From Mobula hypostoma (Eukaryota): 64,000 nucleotides of DNA. Every line of letters begins with the position of its first letter. The stretch's first letter is position 1. Below the pieces are notes generated by a model that was not told where the DNA came from, did no database searches, and worked only from the letters and a program-made list of their open reading frames with translations. Shown here piece after piece: positions 47,401 to 57,654 of the stretch. Location: assembly GCF_963921235.1 (NCBI RefSeq), contig NC_086097.1, positions 244,530,001 through 244,594,000 of the forward strand, given 5' to 3'. The position numbers and the translations under genes were made by a program.

Positions 47401-49291
47401 TTAAATGCCCCTAATATATCTGCCACTACTATTACCCCTGGCAGGGTGTTCCACACACCCACCACACTGTGTAAAAGTCTTACCTCTGACATCCCCCTAA
47501 ACTTTCCTCCAAACACCTTAAAATAATGCTCCCTTGCACTTACCATTTCTGGCATGGGAAAAAGTCTCTGGCGATCCCATTGATTTAGGTCTCTTATCAT
47601 CATATACACCTCTATCAAGTCACCTCTCATCCTCTTTCACTTCAAAGAGAAAAGACCCAGCCTGTTCAACCTTTCCTCATAAGACAGGCAATCAAATCCA
47701 GGCAGCATCCTGGTAAATCTCCTCTGCACCCTCTCTAAAGCTTCCACCAAATCCATTAAAGTAAAGGCATCTGTTAGTCTTGCGAGACCATGGATCTGCG
47801 CCTGGAAAGTCTTCACTCTCCAGGGCGCAGGCCTGGGCAAGGTTGTATGGAAGGCCAGCAGTTGCCCATGCTGCAAGTCTCCCCTCTCCACGACACCAAT
47901 GTTGTCCAAGGGAAGGGCATTAGGACCCATACAGCTTGGCACCAGTGTCGTTGCAGAGCAATGTGTGATTAAGTGCCTTGCTCAAGGACACAACACGTTC
48001 CCTCGGCTGGGACTCAAACTCACGACCTTCAGGTCGCTAGTCCAATGCCTTAACCACTTGGCCACGTGCCCAATCCAATAGTGCCAAAATAAAATGTAGC
48101 CTGCTGCAGAATTTGTCACTGAGGTCACTACTTCGATCAGTCTGCATTACAATGGACTTTATTTTTGCCGGTTCTAATCGCACTTCCTCTTATAAAATTG
48201 TGTTCAATTTTTCTTGTGAGTTCTGCTTCTGTGGTTATTCTTGCCTGTAATTCTTCTGTAAGAAAATTTTTCATTATACCTGTGCATACATGTGCTTATG
48301 CATATGGAAAATAAACTCTTCTTTATAACTTCTGGACAACCTATTTTAACTGTACATGTGCCAGAAGTTGCAGTCAATTTCATGTTGATGATCTTCCCCC
48401 CGCCTCCCCGCTTAAAATCTGAACCAAATTGTTTCAGAACAGCTGGACAAGGCCACCAAAAACTCCTTTTCTTCAATAAGGAAGATTTTTAACATCTGAA
48501 TGGTTCACTATAACAAGTTATCAATAAATAATGAATTATTTAGGTAAGATGCTACGATACATTGTAGGATGTGCTGGGACACATCATCAATGATGTAACC
48601 TGGGGTCATCGAGTGTTTTGGGCCTTTCAACATTACTCTCGCTTAGATGACCCAGTCAGGGTTGATCAGGCCCTGGCTTGTGTCCCAGCAGCATTGACCC
48701 ACGGGTCACATCTCTTGATCAAAAGCCTGGGGCTCGCTCAGCAGTCTCTCTTTGACTGTCCTGATGGCTCTTTTCTTTGCAGCCCCTGTAATTCCATGTA
48801 GAGGGTAGGTTCTGCATAGCCAGTAGCCAGCAAAACCTCCACACCCCACCTCTATAGGCTCACATCGTGCCCTCCACCCGTCTCTGGCACTGCTCTACAA
48901 GCTCCTGGTATTTAGCTTTCTTACATTCAACTGCCTCCTCAATCTGGTCTTCCCAATGAACTGTCGGCTCTACTGTGACCACTTCCTTCAAGGTTTCTGG
49001 CAGAATGACTACGTCAGGCCTTGGGGACGATTATGTGATGAAGCTAGGGAACTTTAATTGCTTGCCGAGATTGACTTTCAGATGCCGTGGCAATCAAGCC
49101 TGCTGGTGACCTGTGCTGAGGTTGTGGTTAGTCTCCAGTTTTAACAAAGGCTATGGGCTTTCTGGATTGGTGGACAGAGCTAAAAAGAATTTGATCAATC
49201 TAACACATATTATAATACAAGTAGATATTTGATTACCTGATTTTCTGCAAATGGAAACTTGGGCTCAATGGAACACAGTTGATCATAATAC
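4895..49291 (-). CDS. PDCD6IP: Programmed cell death 6-interacting protein (ALIX), partial: coding exons 2-10 (Bro1 domain and start of V domain)
   Basis: Nine minus-strand exons with consistent phases splice into one open frame, [18 protein letters not shown]...[14 protein letters not shown], closely matching human ALIX as I recall it. Exon 1 and exon 11+ not found in the window. Confidence 0.97.
5490..8365 (+). mobile_element. CR1 LINE ORF2 (AP endonuclease + RT), disrupted
   Basis: [42 protein letters not shown] and [13 protein letters not shown] motifs in several frames; sits inside an older Penelope-like 3' end (about 5225-5485 and 8438-8597). Confidence 0.93.
8374..8430 (+). repeat. 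(TA)n(TG)n microsatellite at CR1 3' end
   Basis: About 25 TG units from 8381 to 8430. Confidence 0.97.
8650..9017 (-). mobile_element. SINE or non-autonomous retroposon with RTE/Bov-B-like 3' motif
   Basis: Minus strand contains agaaggcaatggcaagcca...tagaaaaatttgccaa, resembling RTE-tail SINEs. Confidence 0.45.
9264..9710 (-). mobile_element. Penelope-like element 3' end with degenerate hammerhead
   Basis: Close match to 1760-2167 in reverse orientation; core reads CTGACAA (G8 mutated). Confidence 0.8.
10070..10356 (+). mobile_element. tRNA-derived SINE (V-SINE/HE1-like); related copies around 13370-13560, 22050-22530, 30700-30950, 52140-52360
   Basis: B-box gagttcaattcc, ggatttcctcccacactccaaggacgt core, tail ending gtgacaaataaagctaat. 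Confidence 0.6.
10375..10498 (-). CDS. PDCD6IP: PDCD6IP exon 9 (124 nt)
   Basis: gtttag|AT CTC TTC...AAT GG|gtaaga; [42 protein letters not shown]. Confidence 0.96.
10822..10953 (+). mobile_element. Short Penelope-like terminal (pLTR) insertion inside another repeat
   Basis: 9-bp TSD TGTCTATGT (10813-10821, 10954-10962); hammerhead motif with CTGACAA; host repeat 10770-11480 has an inverted copy at about 36047-36570. Confidence 0.75.
12290..12636 (+). mobile_element. Rex1/Babar-like LINE 3' fragment (similar pieces at 20390-20690, 26830-27335, 35345-35750, 49650-49840, 51560-52115)
   Basis: LLPSGRRY...[18 protein letters not shown] C-terminus and aataaatttactttgaacttt tail. Confidence 0.7.
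13003..13225 (-). CDS. PDCD6IP: PDCD6IP exon 8 (223 nt)
   Basis: aactcag|CAT GGA TCG...GCT G|gtaaga; [16 protein letters not shown]...[13 protein letters not shown]...SQKFA (Bro1 KDNDFIY motif). Confidence 0.97.
15230..15630 (+). mobile_element. RTE-derived non-autonomous element; second copy in reverse orientation is split by CR1 (37370-37480 and 39808-40012)
   Basis: [14 protein letters not shown]-like C-terminal motif; shared gactaagagtggaccaccag...tttagctcaaggctaacaa sequence. Confidence 0.55.
16724..16762 (+). ncRNA. Minimal type I hammerhead ribozyme motif, copy 1
   Basis: tAGTC-CTGACGA-AGG gtctcag CCT-GAAAC-GTC^GACTg: core CUGANGA and GAAA, stem II AGG/CCT, palindromic ACGU stem III, stem I AGUC/GACU; predicted cut after 16757. 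Confidence 0.8.
17012..17050 (+). ncRNA. Minimal type I hammerhead ribozyme motif, copy 2
   Basis: tAGTC-CTGACGA-AGG gtctcgg CCT-GAAAC-GTC^GACTg; predicted cut after 17045. Confidence 0.8.
17600..17679. mobile_element. 80-bp hAT/Charlie-like MITE
   Basis: TIR caggggttcc/ggaacccctg; degenerate 8-bp TSD ctccaaag/ccccagag. Confidence 0.7.
17718..17834 (-). CDS. PDCD6IP: PDCD6IP exon 7 (117 nt; 132 nt from 17849 with the upstream alternative acceptor)
   Basis: ttccag|GAA GTG TTA...TTA CAG|gtaagt; [39 protein letters not shown]. Confidence 0.96.
18829..18909. mobile_element. 81-bp hAT/Charlie-like MITE
   Basis: TIR caggggttcc/ggagcccctg; 8-bp TSD ttctaatg/ctctaatg. Confidence 0.75.
19061..19312. 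mobile_element. Older Penelope-like inverted-terminus element
   Basis: Inverted arms aaaatgctggaggaactcagca and tgctgagctcctccagcatttt with two degenerate hammerheads; flanks attaaactgcacaa and attaaactacacaa. Confidence 0.65.
21626..21936 (+). mobile_element. tRNA-derived SINE with CORE-like segment
   Basis: A-box tggccaagtgg, B-box gagttcgagcc, tgtgtccttgagcaaggtacttaa; 14-bp TSD TTTATAAGATTCTT (21612-21625, 21937-21950). Confidence 0.8.
22165..22366 (+). mobile_element. Short retroposon nested in another SINE
   Basis: 14-bp TSD CAATTAACCTACTA (22151-22164, 22367-22380); degenerate tRNA-like head. Confidence 0.65.
23286..23386 (-). CDS. PDCD6IP: PDCD6IP exon 6 (101 nt)
   Basis: ttgcag|AT AAA ATG...CCT AAG|gtaagt; [34 protein letters not shown]. 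Confidence 0.96.
23962..25170 (-). mobile_element. Tc1 transposon, decayed transposase (DD34E type)
   Basis: [11 protein letters not shown]...[41 protein letters not shown]|caatgctttgaaaaagtattca with inner direct repeat near 24164. Confidence 0.9.
27662..28286. mobile_element. Tc1-type non-autonomous element with CR1 3' fragment inserted (about 27700-28105)
   Basis: TIRs cactcaatggccactttatt and aataaattacccagtgagt; insert encodes [10 protein letters not shown]. Confidence 0.7.
28422..28575 (-). CDS. PDCD6IP: PDCD6IP exon 5 (154 nt)
   Basis: ctgcag|CTT GCC AGT...GCT G|gtaaat; [51 protein letters not shown]. Confidence 0.96.
28795..29395 (+). mobile_element. CR1 LINE 3' fragment
   Basis: [14 protein letters not shown] and [14 protein letters not shown] motifs. 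Confidence 0.85.
29478..29694 (+). mobile_element. tRNA-head SINE with RTE/Bov-B-type tail
   Basis: A-box tggtgcagcgg, B-box gagttcgaatcc, tail gtcgccatgattcgacagcgactc...(aca)n. Confidence 0.65.
31285..31837 (+). mobile_element. Internally deleted Sleeping Beauty/Tdr1-like Tc1 transposon
   Basis: TA|cagttgaagtcagaagtttacata...tatgtaaacttctgacttcaactg|TA; right inner DR near 31615-31640; transposase C-terminus [27 protein letters not shown]...[18 protein letters not shown]. Confidence 0.92.
32304..32383. mobile_element. 80-bp hAT/Charlie-like MITE
   Basis: TIR caaggattcccaacc/ggttgggaactcctg; TSD ctttaaaa/ttttaaaa. Confidence 0.7.
33020..34556 (+). mobile_element. Degenerate CR1 LINE (RT to 3' end)
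   Basis: [17 protein letters not shown] and RPHLEYC motifs with many stops and frameshifts. Confidence 0.85.
34761..34888 (-). CDS. PDCD6IP: PDCD6IP exon 4 (128 nt)
   Basis: ttccag|CC CTT GCA...TAT CAG|gtaagc; [43 protein letters not shown]. Confidence 0.96.
36791..36860 (-). CDS. PDCD6IP: PDCD6IP exon 3 (70 nt)
   Basis: ctttttaaag|CTT TGT...AAA CTT G|gtaagt; [23 protein letters not shown]. Confidence 0.96.
37485..39805 (-). mobile_element. CR1 LINE, 5'-truncated, 409-aa open RT segment
   Basis: [44 protein letters not shown]; short-repeat 3' tail. Confidence 0.95.
40053..40620 (+). mobile_element. CR1 3' fragments (nested)
   Basis: [32 protein letters not shown]. Confidence 0.8.
41060..41552. 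mobile_element. Tc1-type non-autonomous element (same family as 1-197)
   Basis: Reverse-complement similarity to 1-150; ends taataaagtagccgctgagtg. Confidence 0.65.
42576..42587 (+). other. Primer-binding site complementary to tRNA-Pro
   Basis: TGGGGGCTCGTC just downstream of the 5' LTR; matches the first 12 nt of the canonical Pro PBS TGGGGGCTCGTCCGGGAT. Confidence 0.85.
43441..44822 (-). mobile_element. Rex1/Babar LINE RT fragment inserted in the LTR element
   Basis: [41 protein letters not shown] and [10 protein letters not shown] motifs. Confidence 0.9.
47342..47750 (-). mobile_element. CR1 3' fragment (continues at 42195-42287 across the LTR insertion)
   Basis: [22 protein letters not shown] and VWNTLP motifs. 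Confidence 0.85.
47761..48072 (-). mobile_element. tRNA-derived CORE-like SINE (second copy of 21626-21936)
   Basis: High-identity reverse-complement match to 21626-21936. Confidence 0.8.
48555..49160 (-). mobile_element. Hero-like non-LTR retrotransposon 3' fragment (restriction-like endonuclease)
   Basis: [45 protein letters not shown] / [18 protein letters not shown], matching the RPD..ELTVPWE..K..KY..L..PVEVGCRGF RLE pattern. Confidence 0.75.
49237..49291 (-). CDS. PDCD6IP: PDCD6IP exon 2 (55 nt)
   Basis: ttttttcag|G TAT TAT GAT...AAT CAG|gtaatc; (R)[18 protein letters not shown]. Confidence 0.96.
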
Positions 49292-49385
49292 CTGAAAAAA
49301 AAGACAAATCAGTTAGAAAATAGCATTTTACATTACCAATTACCCGCTTTCTTTTGTAGTTTGAAATTGAACCTTGTCGTCCTTA

Positions 49386-49537
49386 AGCAACACACATCAA
49401 AAATGCTGGTGAATGCAGCAGGCCAGACAGCATCTGTAGGAAGAGGTACAGTCGACGTTGCCTGGCCTGCTGCGTTCACCAGCATTTTTTATGTGTATTG
49501 CTTGAATTTCCAACATCTGCAGATTTCCTCGTGTTTG
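49386..49537. mobile_element. Penelope-like inverted terminus remnant (hammerheads deleted)
   Basis: aaaaatgctggtgaatgcagcaggccag and ctggcctgctgcgttcaccagcattttt inverted arms. Confidence 0.7.
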
Positions 49538-50746
49538 CCTTACCATCCTTAGTCCATTACCTTGCTCTCCTTAAAATAGTGTAATAGGATCCCTTATTTC
49601 AGAGGATCTGTCTTGGGACCAGCACCTAAGTACCATTACAACAGCATCTCTACTTTCTGAGGAGCTTGCACTGATTTAGCATGTCACCAAAAACTTTGAC
49701 AAACTTGTAGAGATGAGCAGTGGAGAGTATCCCGACTGGATGCAACATGGCCTGGTATAGAAGTATCAATGCCCAACAGAAAAGCTGACAAAAATTGGTG
49801 GAGATAGCCCTATCCATGACTGGCAAAGCCCGCCCCACCATTATTTGTTCATTTATTAACTAATTAACAATAATTTTCATAATTTATCATAATTTTTATG
49901 ACTCACACTGCTGCCGAAAAACAACAAACTTCGACATACATGAGTGATAATAAACCTGATTCTGAAGACCCCTACATGGTTCATCCAAAACTAAAGAGAA
50001 AATACTACAGTCAGGTGACAGCTTAATTATGGATTCAAGTTTATTGAATCAAAAATTCAAACCAGGACTTAACACTTCTAAAAATACTGAACATGCCTCA
50101 AGTATTTTGCCCAAATTTATTTCAGATCACAACATCTGAGCAACTTAAAAATATTTCACTCATAAGCAGAAATGAATTTTTGAACAATCAGTCTTCACCT
50201 TAATTTTCCTACCAATTGGTTTAACCTTTAGTATTTTTACAAATGGGCTAACATGTGAAAAATCACAGCCACACTCTATTTGCCTACTTGTCTGTCCTTT
50301 CGATACAAGGCGTAACCTTGGATGTTAAGCTTCCAACTGTAATCTTCTTTCAGCCATGACGCTTCAAGATAGGTTCATGATTAGTCAGGGTGTCAGAGGT
50401 TAAGGCGTGAAGTCAGGAGAATGGGGTTAAGAGGAATAATAAATCAGCTATGATACCATGGCAGAGCAGACTTAACGGGCCAAATGGTCTAATTCTGCTC
50501 CTATACCTTATGGTATTATGGTCTAATATTTAAAATAAAGTAGATCTTCAAAAGCTCAGCAATCCCTGCACATTCATTCTTGAAAATATCCATGACTCAT
50601 CAAGAAACATGGAAAACCTCTACCTGCACCTCAGCTTTAGTTGTTCCATTCCCATGAAATAAGCATATTAACTCATTAAATATTACTCCAAAGACTTATT
50701 TATGAAGTAATTTGTAGGAGAATTAGATGGAAGGAAAAGAAATAAA

Positions 50747-51436
50747 TCTAGCCCCCCCGGCCATCCTCAGGGTCGCTCGGCTTGCTGTCGTCTAGGGAAA
50801 CAGCCTTGGCCCCGCCAAACTGGGTAATAGTTTGTTTGGATGCTGTGTGAGGTACCCCACCCCGCCCAAATAACAGACAATACACCAGATGAAATTAAAT
50901 GATATACAGTTTATAGATATTACTGGAACTATATAATTAAGAGAATAAAATATAAAAGGAAAATAAAAGGCGCCACACTTATCAAAGTTCCATCTCTTCG
51001 TGCACAACACAGTTGGAGATCAAGGATCTTCTTCTTCACCCTGCGACCCCTCTGACCACCTCGACTGGCCGCCTGGGAGCAACAACGGTGGTCGACCAGA
51101 CGCTCCACACGAGTCAGTCTCTGTCTCCTCGCTGAACGCCCTCCTTGGGGTCCGACCCTGTTAGCGGACATCACAGCACCTCGTCCATCCTCTGTCTTGC
51201 TCTCCTGCCTTCTGCCCCAAAACCCCGCGCATACAGTATCTTCAAATACACCAAAAACATAACAACTATCCCAATTGGTTAATAGCACCCTCTTATCACC
51301 CTCTAAACCAAAACAAGCTGCTAGCGCAAACTTTCTCAGCGTTTAACACATCAAAGCCGCATTCCCCACATTAACATAATAAGGACGCCATTTTAATTAG
51401 CCTCCGCAGTAACATAAAAGTCGAAACCCCCTTACA
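50747..51436. mobile_element. Probable solo LTR
   Basis: CpG-rich block of about 690 bp in AT-rich surroundings, bounded by tcta (decayed TGTA?) and ttaca; no convincing TSD. Confidence 0.5.
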
Positions 51437-54400
51437 CTCATAACTCACCTATTTGTTCTTATGGTTTGAAAAATTATGTATGAGCAAGTGAGAGAAACAA
51501 AACAACCCTCACCTTTTTTTCATCCTCAGATATGGCATGCCATCTAATTCTCTGACAAATTTCTACAGATGCGCAGTATCCTGGCTGGTTGAATTATGGG
51601 AACACCAATGCCCAAAATTGGAAAAGCCTACAAAAAGTGGTGGATACAGCCCCATCCATCACAGGAAAAGCCCTCCCCACAACTGAGCACATCTACAAAC
51701 CGTGCTGCACAAGAAAGCAACATCCGTTATCTTCTCACTCCTACCATCAGGAAGGTACAGGAGCCTTAGGTCCCACAACACCAGGTTCAGAAACAGTTAT
51801 AATCCCTCAGGCATCAGACTCCTGAACCAAAATGGACAACTTCACTCACCACAACACTGAACTAATCACTGAACACAACTTTCAAGGTCTCTACAACTCA
51901 TGTTCTCGTGTTATTTATTTATTTTAAATTTGCAGACTGTCTTCTTTTGCACAATGGTTCCTTGTCAGTCCTTGTCCGTCTGTAATTTTACATTGATTCT
52001 GTTGTATTTGGTTATTCTGCTTTGGTCTACTGTGAATAGAGATTCAAGAAAACGAGTCTCAGAGTAGTATAAGGTGACATATATATACTCTGATATAAAT
52101 TTACTTTGACCTTTGAAAGGATGAATATTTTGTGTTTATTTAGAGATACAGCATGGTAACAGGCCCTTCTGGCCCAACAAGCCAACGCCACCAAATTACA
52201 TCCATGTGACTAATAAACCCACTAACTGATTCATTTTTTGGAATGTGGGAGGACACAGAGCACTGGAAACCACGCAGTTACGGGAGAACAAACAAGCTCC
52301 TTATAGACAGTGGTGGTAATTGAACCTAGGCGCTCGGGCTGTAAAACATTATGCTAACTGCTTGCTTCCATGCTTTCCATTAGTAATTGGATGTGTTTTC
52401 AAAGAGTTGTGGACTTCAAGTCTATAGGCCCAGGACAAGAAAACGATTAGGTTGAGAAGCTTTTATTTTGATCAGCGCATACATAATGAAATGATTAGCA
52501 ATCGTGATATGATTGTCAAATAGCTGGTCAATAGGCATAGCATGCTTCTTTCCATAAAAAAAATTGAAAAACCTGACAAGGGCCATCACAAGAAACCAGC
52601 TAGGTTTAGACAATAAGAGGTAGAAGCGGAATTAAGACGTTTGGCCTATTCAATGTGTACCACCATTCGATCATGGCTGAATTATTATCCTCTCAACCAC
52701 ATTCTCCTTCGACACCCTTACTAATCAAGAACTTATCTACCTCTGCTTTTAATACATTCAATAACTTGGCTTCCACAGCTGTCCGTGGCAATGAATTCCA
52801 CAGATTCACCACCCTCTGGCTAAAGAAATTCCTCCTCGTTGTGGCATGAATGAAGTCAACAGAGAGAAGTACTAGTAGACACGAAGAAGTCTCTCGATAA
52901 ATGAGACAGAGTGCACATCAGATTTGGAGACCCTTTCGGCGGAAGAAGGTCTCTAATATGATGCCTGGTGCATCTTACTTTGCAGGCCTAGAACCATCAA
53001 ATGCTCAACAGTTAACCCTTTCTTTCCCAGGATGATTGTCGGGAACCTCCTTGGGACCCTCTCAAACGCCAACACATCCTTTCTTAGATATGGGGCCTAA
53101 AACTGCTCGAAATACTCCAAATATGGCTTATAAAATTTCAGCATTACATTCTTTCAGTTAGGGTGACATGAGGTTAAAAAATATTGGGAGAGAAACTGGA
53201 TTAGGGTATTAGAAATACGTTAAGCAACTGGCAAGCTGTTTTGCAGTGGGATTTTACGTGGTTCTGTATTAGACTTCTTGTTTTCAGTTTTTGTTCCTAC
53301 CTTTGACTTAAACATACGAGTCATGTTTAAGTAACTTTTTTAAAATAGGCTGTGCAGTTGACAATGAGAAAGGAAATGACAGACTACAGAACATTTTTGG
53401 GAACTAGCAAATGGACTTCAGAAAAATTTAAAGCAATGCATCTGAGGATGGTAATAAAACTAAAATAAAAAGTGGAAACTGAGAAGTTTAAAGACATTTT
53501 AGAACATAGAACAATATAGCACACAACAGGCTGTTCAGCCCACAATGTTGAGCCGAACCAATTAAATTAGTAATCAAATGGGCAAACAAACTAATCCCCT
53601 CTGCCTACACAATGTCCATATCCTTCCATCTTCCTCAAATTCATATCCCTATCTAAACGTCTCTTAAAAGTCCCTAATGTATCTGCCTCTACCACCACCC
53701 CAGGCAGCACATTCCAGGCATTCCCCCCACCAACCCGACTCTGTGTAAAAAAAAATTGCCGTCACATCTCCTTTGAAAGGAACTCTTCTCACCTTAAATA
53801 CATGCCCTCTAGTATTAGATATTTGAAAGATTCTGTCAATCCTCTCTGTGCCTCTCATAATTTTATAAACCTCGATCACATCTCCCCTCAGCCTCTACCA
53901 CTCCAGAGAAAGCAACGCACGTTTATCCAACCTCTTGTTATAGTACATGCCCCCTAATCCAGACAGCATCCTGGTAAGCCTCTTCTGCACCCTCTCCAAA
54001 ACCTCGACAGCCTTTCTATGCATTTTAATATACATATCCACAGATTTTAAGTGTAGAATAACAAGAGCTGGAATAAAACACAAGAATAATACTAAATTAG
54101 TTAGGCCTGCTATACTTTGTCTTCTTCGTGAGATCACTTGAATCGAGTCCTAAGCAGGGGATGTCTGTTGGTGGGTCCTTCCATGGCTGTAGAGGCCGAT
54201 TTGGGATTCCATGGGACTTACTCTGGAATGTTAGGGTTGATTCCCTTTATGAAGAACACCTATGCATGACTGTTTAACGTCGGAAGGCCGCTGCATGGGC
54301 AGCCACTACAAGGCCCTTGGTAGATCAGCGTCAGGGTCCAGTGGCATGTCCAATCACTCATACCATATACAGTAAACTACCTGTAATCAGAGTCAATTAA

Positions 54401-56220
54401 ATTTGCAGCCCAAAAGATTTACTGTTTAGTGTCCTTCATAGATGCTGCCTGATCTGCTAAGTTCCTCCAGCATTTTGTATGTGTGCTTTTGGATTTCCAG
54501 TATCAGCCGAATCTCTTGTGTTTATGATTTGTAGTCTCCTTTGCTGTGAGTTCCAGAGTCTGGGTCACTCCTTACAAATGTTGCTCCAAAGTATCCATGA
54601 TCCATCTCCCACCTATTCCTCTGTTGATGAGAATGACCATCTCAAGATGTGATGATACTAGAGAGGGTCCAGGAGGTTCACAAGAATGATCCCAGGAATA
54701 AAAGAATTAACATATGAGAAGTGTCTGATGACTCTGGGCTTGCAGTCACTGGAATTTAGAAGAATGAGGGGGGGATCTCATTGAAACCCCTAGAAAGAGT
54801 AGATGTGGAGAAGACATTCCCTATTGTGAGGGAGCCTAGGACCAGAAGGCACAACTTCAGAATGGATCTCCATTTACAATGGAGATGATGAAAGATTTCT
54901 TTAGCCATCTAGTGGTGGATCTTTGGAATTCATTGCAACAGATGGCTGTGCAGGTCAAGTCATTGGGTATGTTTAAGGCAGATGGGTGGATAGGTTCTTG
55001 ATTAATCAGGCTGTCAAAGCTTTGAGGTAGAGGCGGGAGAATGGGGTTGAGAAGGATGATAAATGAGCCATGATGGAATGGCGGAGCAGACTTGATGGGC
55101 TGAATGGCATAATTCAGCCCCTATGCCTTATGGGATAGCAGTAAATTAGACCATTCCATGGCCTAATTCTGTCCATGTGTCTTATGGTCTATAGGACTGC
55201 AGCAAATTAGACCATTCCGATCCCAGTAATTTAATCTATCTCCACCCAGCTGCAGCAAGATCTTGCCTGTTACAGAGTTATCTTCACTTCCCACTTCAAT
55301 TTTATATCTTCATAGTCAGTGGCACTGAGGACAAGGCTAAAGGAAAAACAAGGTATAGACCATAAGATATAGGAGCAGCATTAGGCTATTTGGCTCATTG
55401 GGTCTGTCTTGCCATTTTGTCATGGCTGATCTATTTTTCCTCTCAGCTCAATCTCCTGCTCCTCCCGCCCCTCCACCCCCCGTATCCCTTGATAACCTAA
55501 GCAAGAATCTATCAACCTGTGCCTGAAAAATACATAAAGACTTGGCCTCCATAGCTGGCCTGGAAATGTTTACTTCAGAGACTCCATTCCCCATGTTGGT
55601 ATCGTAATTGAATCTCAACACATAGGTATTTTGCTGTTCTAACAGGCTTCTAGTTGCAACACAGTGGTGCAGAAAGCAGAGCTTCTGCCTCATGGCTGAT
55701 GTAATCCCAACCTGTGGTACTTCCAGAGGGAGCTTGCACAGTCCCCTGCAACCACTTGGGTTTCTACCAGGTGCTCCAGCTCCCTGCCACAAGACAAGGA
55801 GGTCTGGATGGCAGGTTGCACGTGCACCTGCCACATTCTCACAATTGATCTGATACGCTACACCCCTAATGTACAGTCCTCTACTCCCACCCCGGCAGAG
55901 TGTTCCACACACTCACCACTCTCTGTGTAAAGAATCTACCTCCAACATCTCCCTTATACTATCCTCCAATCACCTTAAAATTGTATTAACCATTTTGCCC
56001 TGGGAAAAAGTCTCTGGCTATCCACTCTATCTATGCCTCTTAGCATCTTGTACACCTCTATCTCTCATCCTTCTTCACTCCAGAGTGAAAAGGCGTAATT
56101 CATTCAACCTATCCTCACATGACATGCTCTCTAATCTAGGCATTATTCTGGTACATCTCCTCTATACCTACCTAAAGCTTCCACATCCTTCCTATAAATA
56201 GGCGACCAGAACTGAACAAA

Positions 56221-56902
56221 GTGAGAGGAGGAGAAGATGGTGGCGCAACGCAGTGCGCACGGCCACTTCGGTGGTGATGTCTGTTATTTGTCAAGTAGGG
56301 GACCGTGCACAATTCTGATTTGATGGAGACAGACGTGAGAGTACGGAGGAACATCAGGAGAAACTTCTGAAATGCCTGCTTCGCTGCCGCTGTTACTGTG
56401 TGGTCCAGAATCTCCGGAGGAGAAGGCCCCGAGTCCTTGGCTTTGATTGTTTTGGCGGCCGGCGAGGTCCAAGGTGCTCAGCAGAGGATGGCGCTCGGGA
56501 GGCTGTATCGAAGGGGCTGTTCGGAGGCTCAAAGTTTTCGGACGGACGGACTCAAGTGTCGGCTGTGGTCGGGTGCTTCCAATGCATCGGCAGTTGTCGG
56601 TGCCTGGAGGTTTATGGCAGAGAGTTTCTTCCTTTGCCGCCTGCTATCGGGGACTCGGGAGTCAATCGACTCGGGACTTTGAGACTTTTTTTTACTGTGC
56701 CCACGGTCTGTTCTTTATCAAATTATGGTATTGTTTTGCACTGCTGTAACTATATGTTATAATTATGTGGTTCTGTCAGTGTTAGTCTTTGGTTTGCCCT
56801 GTTTTTCTGTGATATCACTCTGAAGGAACATTGTATCATTTCTTAACGCATGTGTGCATTTCTAAATGACAATAAACAAGGACTGAGTGTTCTCATAATC
56901 TA
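56221..56902 (+). mobile_element. GC/CpG-rich non-autonomous retroposon inserted in a CR1 fragment
   Basis: Starts near aagatggtggcg and ends aaatgacaataaac...aatcta; the CR1 sequence gaccagaactgaaca / tattccaagtgtggtcta rejoins across it. Confidence 0.6.
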
Positions 56903-57654
56903 TTCCAAGTGTGGTCTAACCAGGGTTACAGAGCTGCAACATCATTTCATGGCTTGATTGAGCTTGGGTACAACAGTATCTCATGATTTGATTGAACTTG
57001 GCAAGAATTAAACGTAATGACTGTTGGATTAGTGCAGATGTATGTTTGTTGGGTGTGATAGTCTCATGTGGCCTATTTCCTTGCGGTAAGACTGCAGTTA
57101 TTATCTCAGTGACAGATCGCACTTGTGCCTAGCATTAAGCCTCCAGAAGCCACTGCAGGGCTCTTATCTCACTGTAGTCAGATGACTACTGTCTAGTTGC
57201 TTCCAATTAATTCAGCCTCTGAGACTTCATAGTGACTCGAATGCCCTCTGTTGGAATGGGCTGTAGAATTGTACTTTTCTTGTAGTTTAATGTTCCTATC
57301 CTTGCTTGTATTTTTATATAATCACCTATATACATGTGATCGTTCAGGGAATTATCTCATAACTGTGGTGCAGTTGCATTTCTTTGGAAACTTCTTGGTT
57401 TAAGTGGTAGATGTCAAATTACTTGACTCTGGCTATCTTATTGGTTAATCTGTTGTCTGGTATGAGAAGATTTTGACTACTTTTTACTTTTTATTTTCTC
57501 AATACTTCCTCTTCGTTCTTGTAACAGTTTAAAAAAATTGGCCATAAATAACAAGTTTTATGCCTTATTCTTGACTTCCGAAGAATCTTTGGATCACAAA
57601 AGCATCAGGACCCAATACTTCCCAATTTACATCTGCTGCTTTCAGTGAGATCCA

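Noticed and set aside
56221..56760. GC-rich region as PDCD6IP exon 1 or CpG-island promoter
   Set aside because: No frame resembles the ALIX N-terminus (MATFISV.LKK...), and the block interrupts a CR1 fragment, so it is an insertion.
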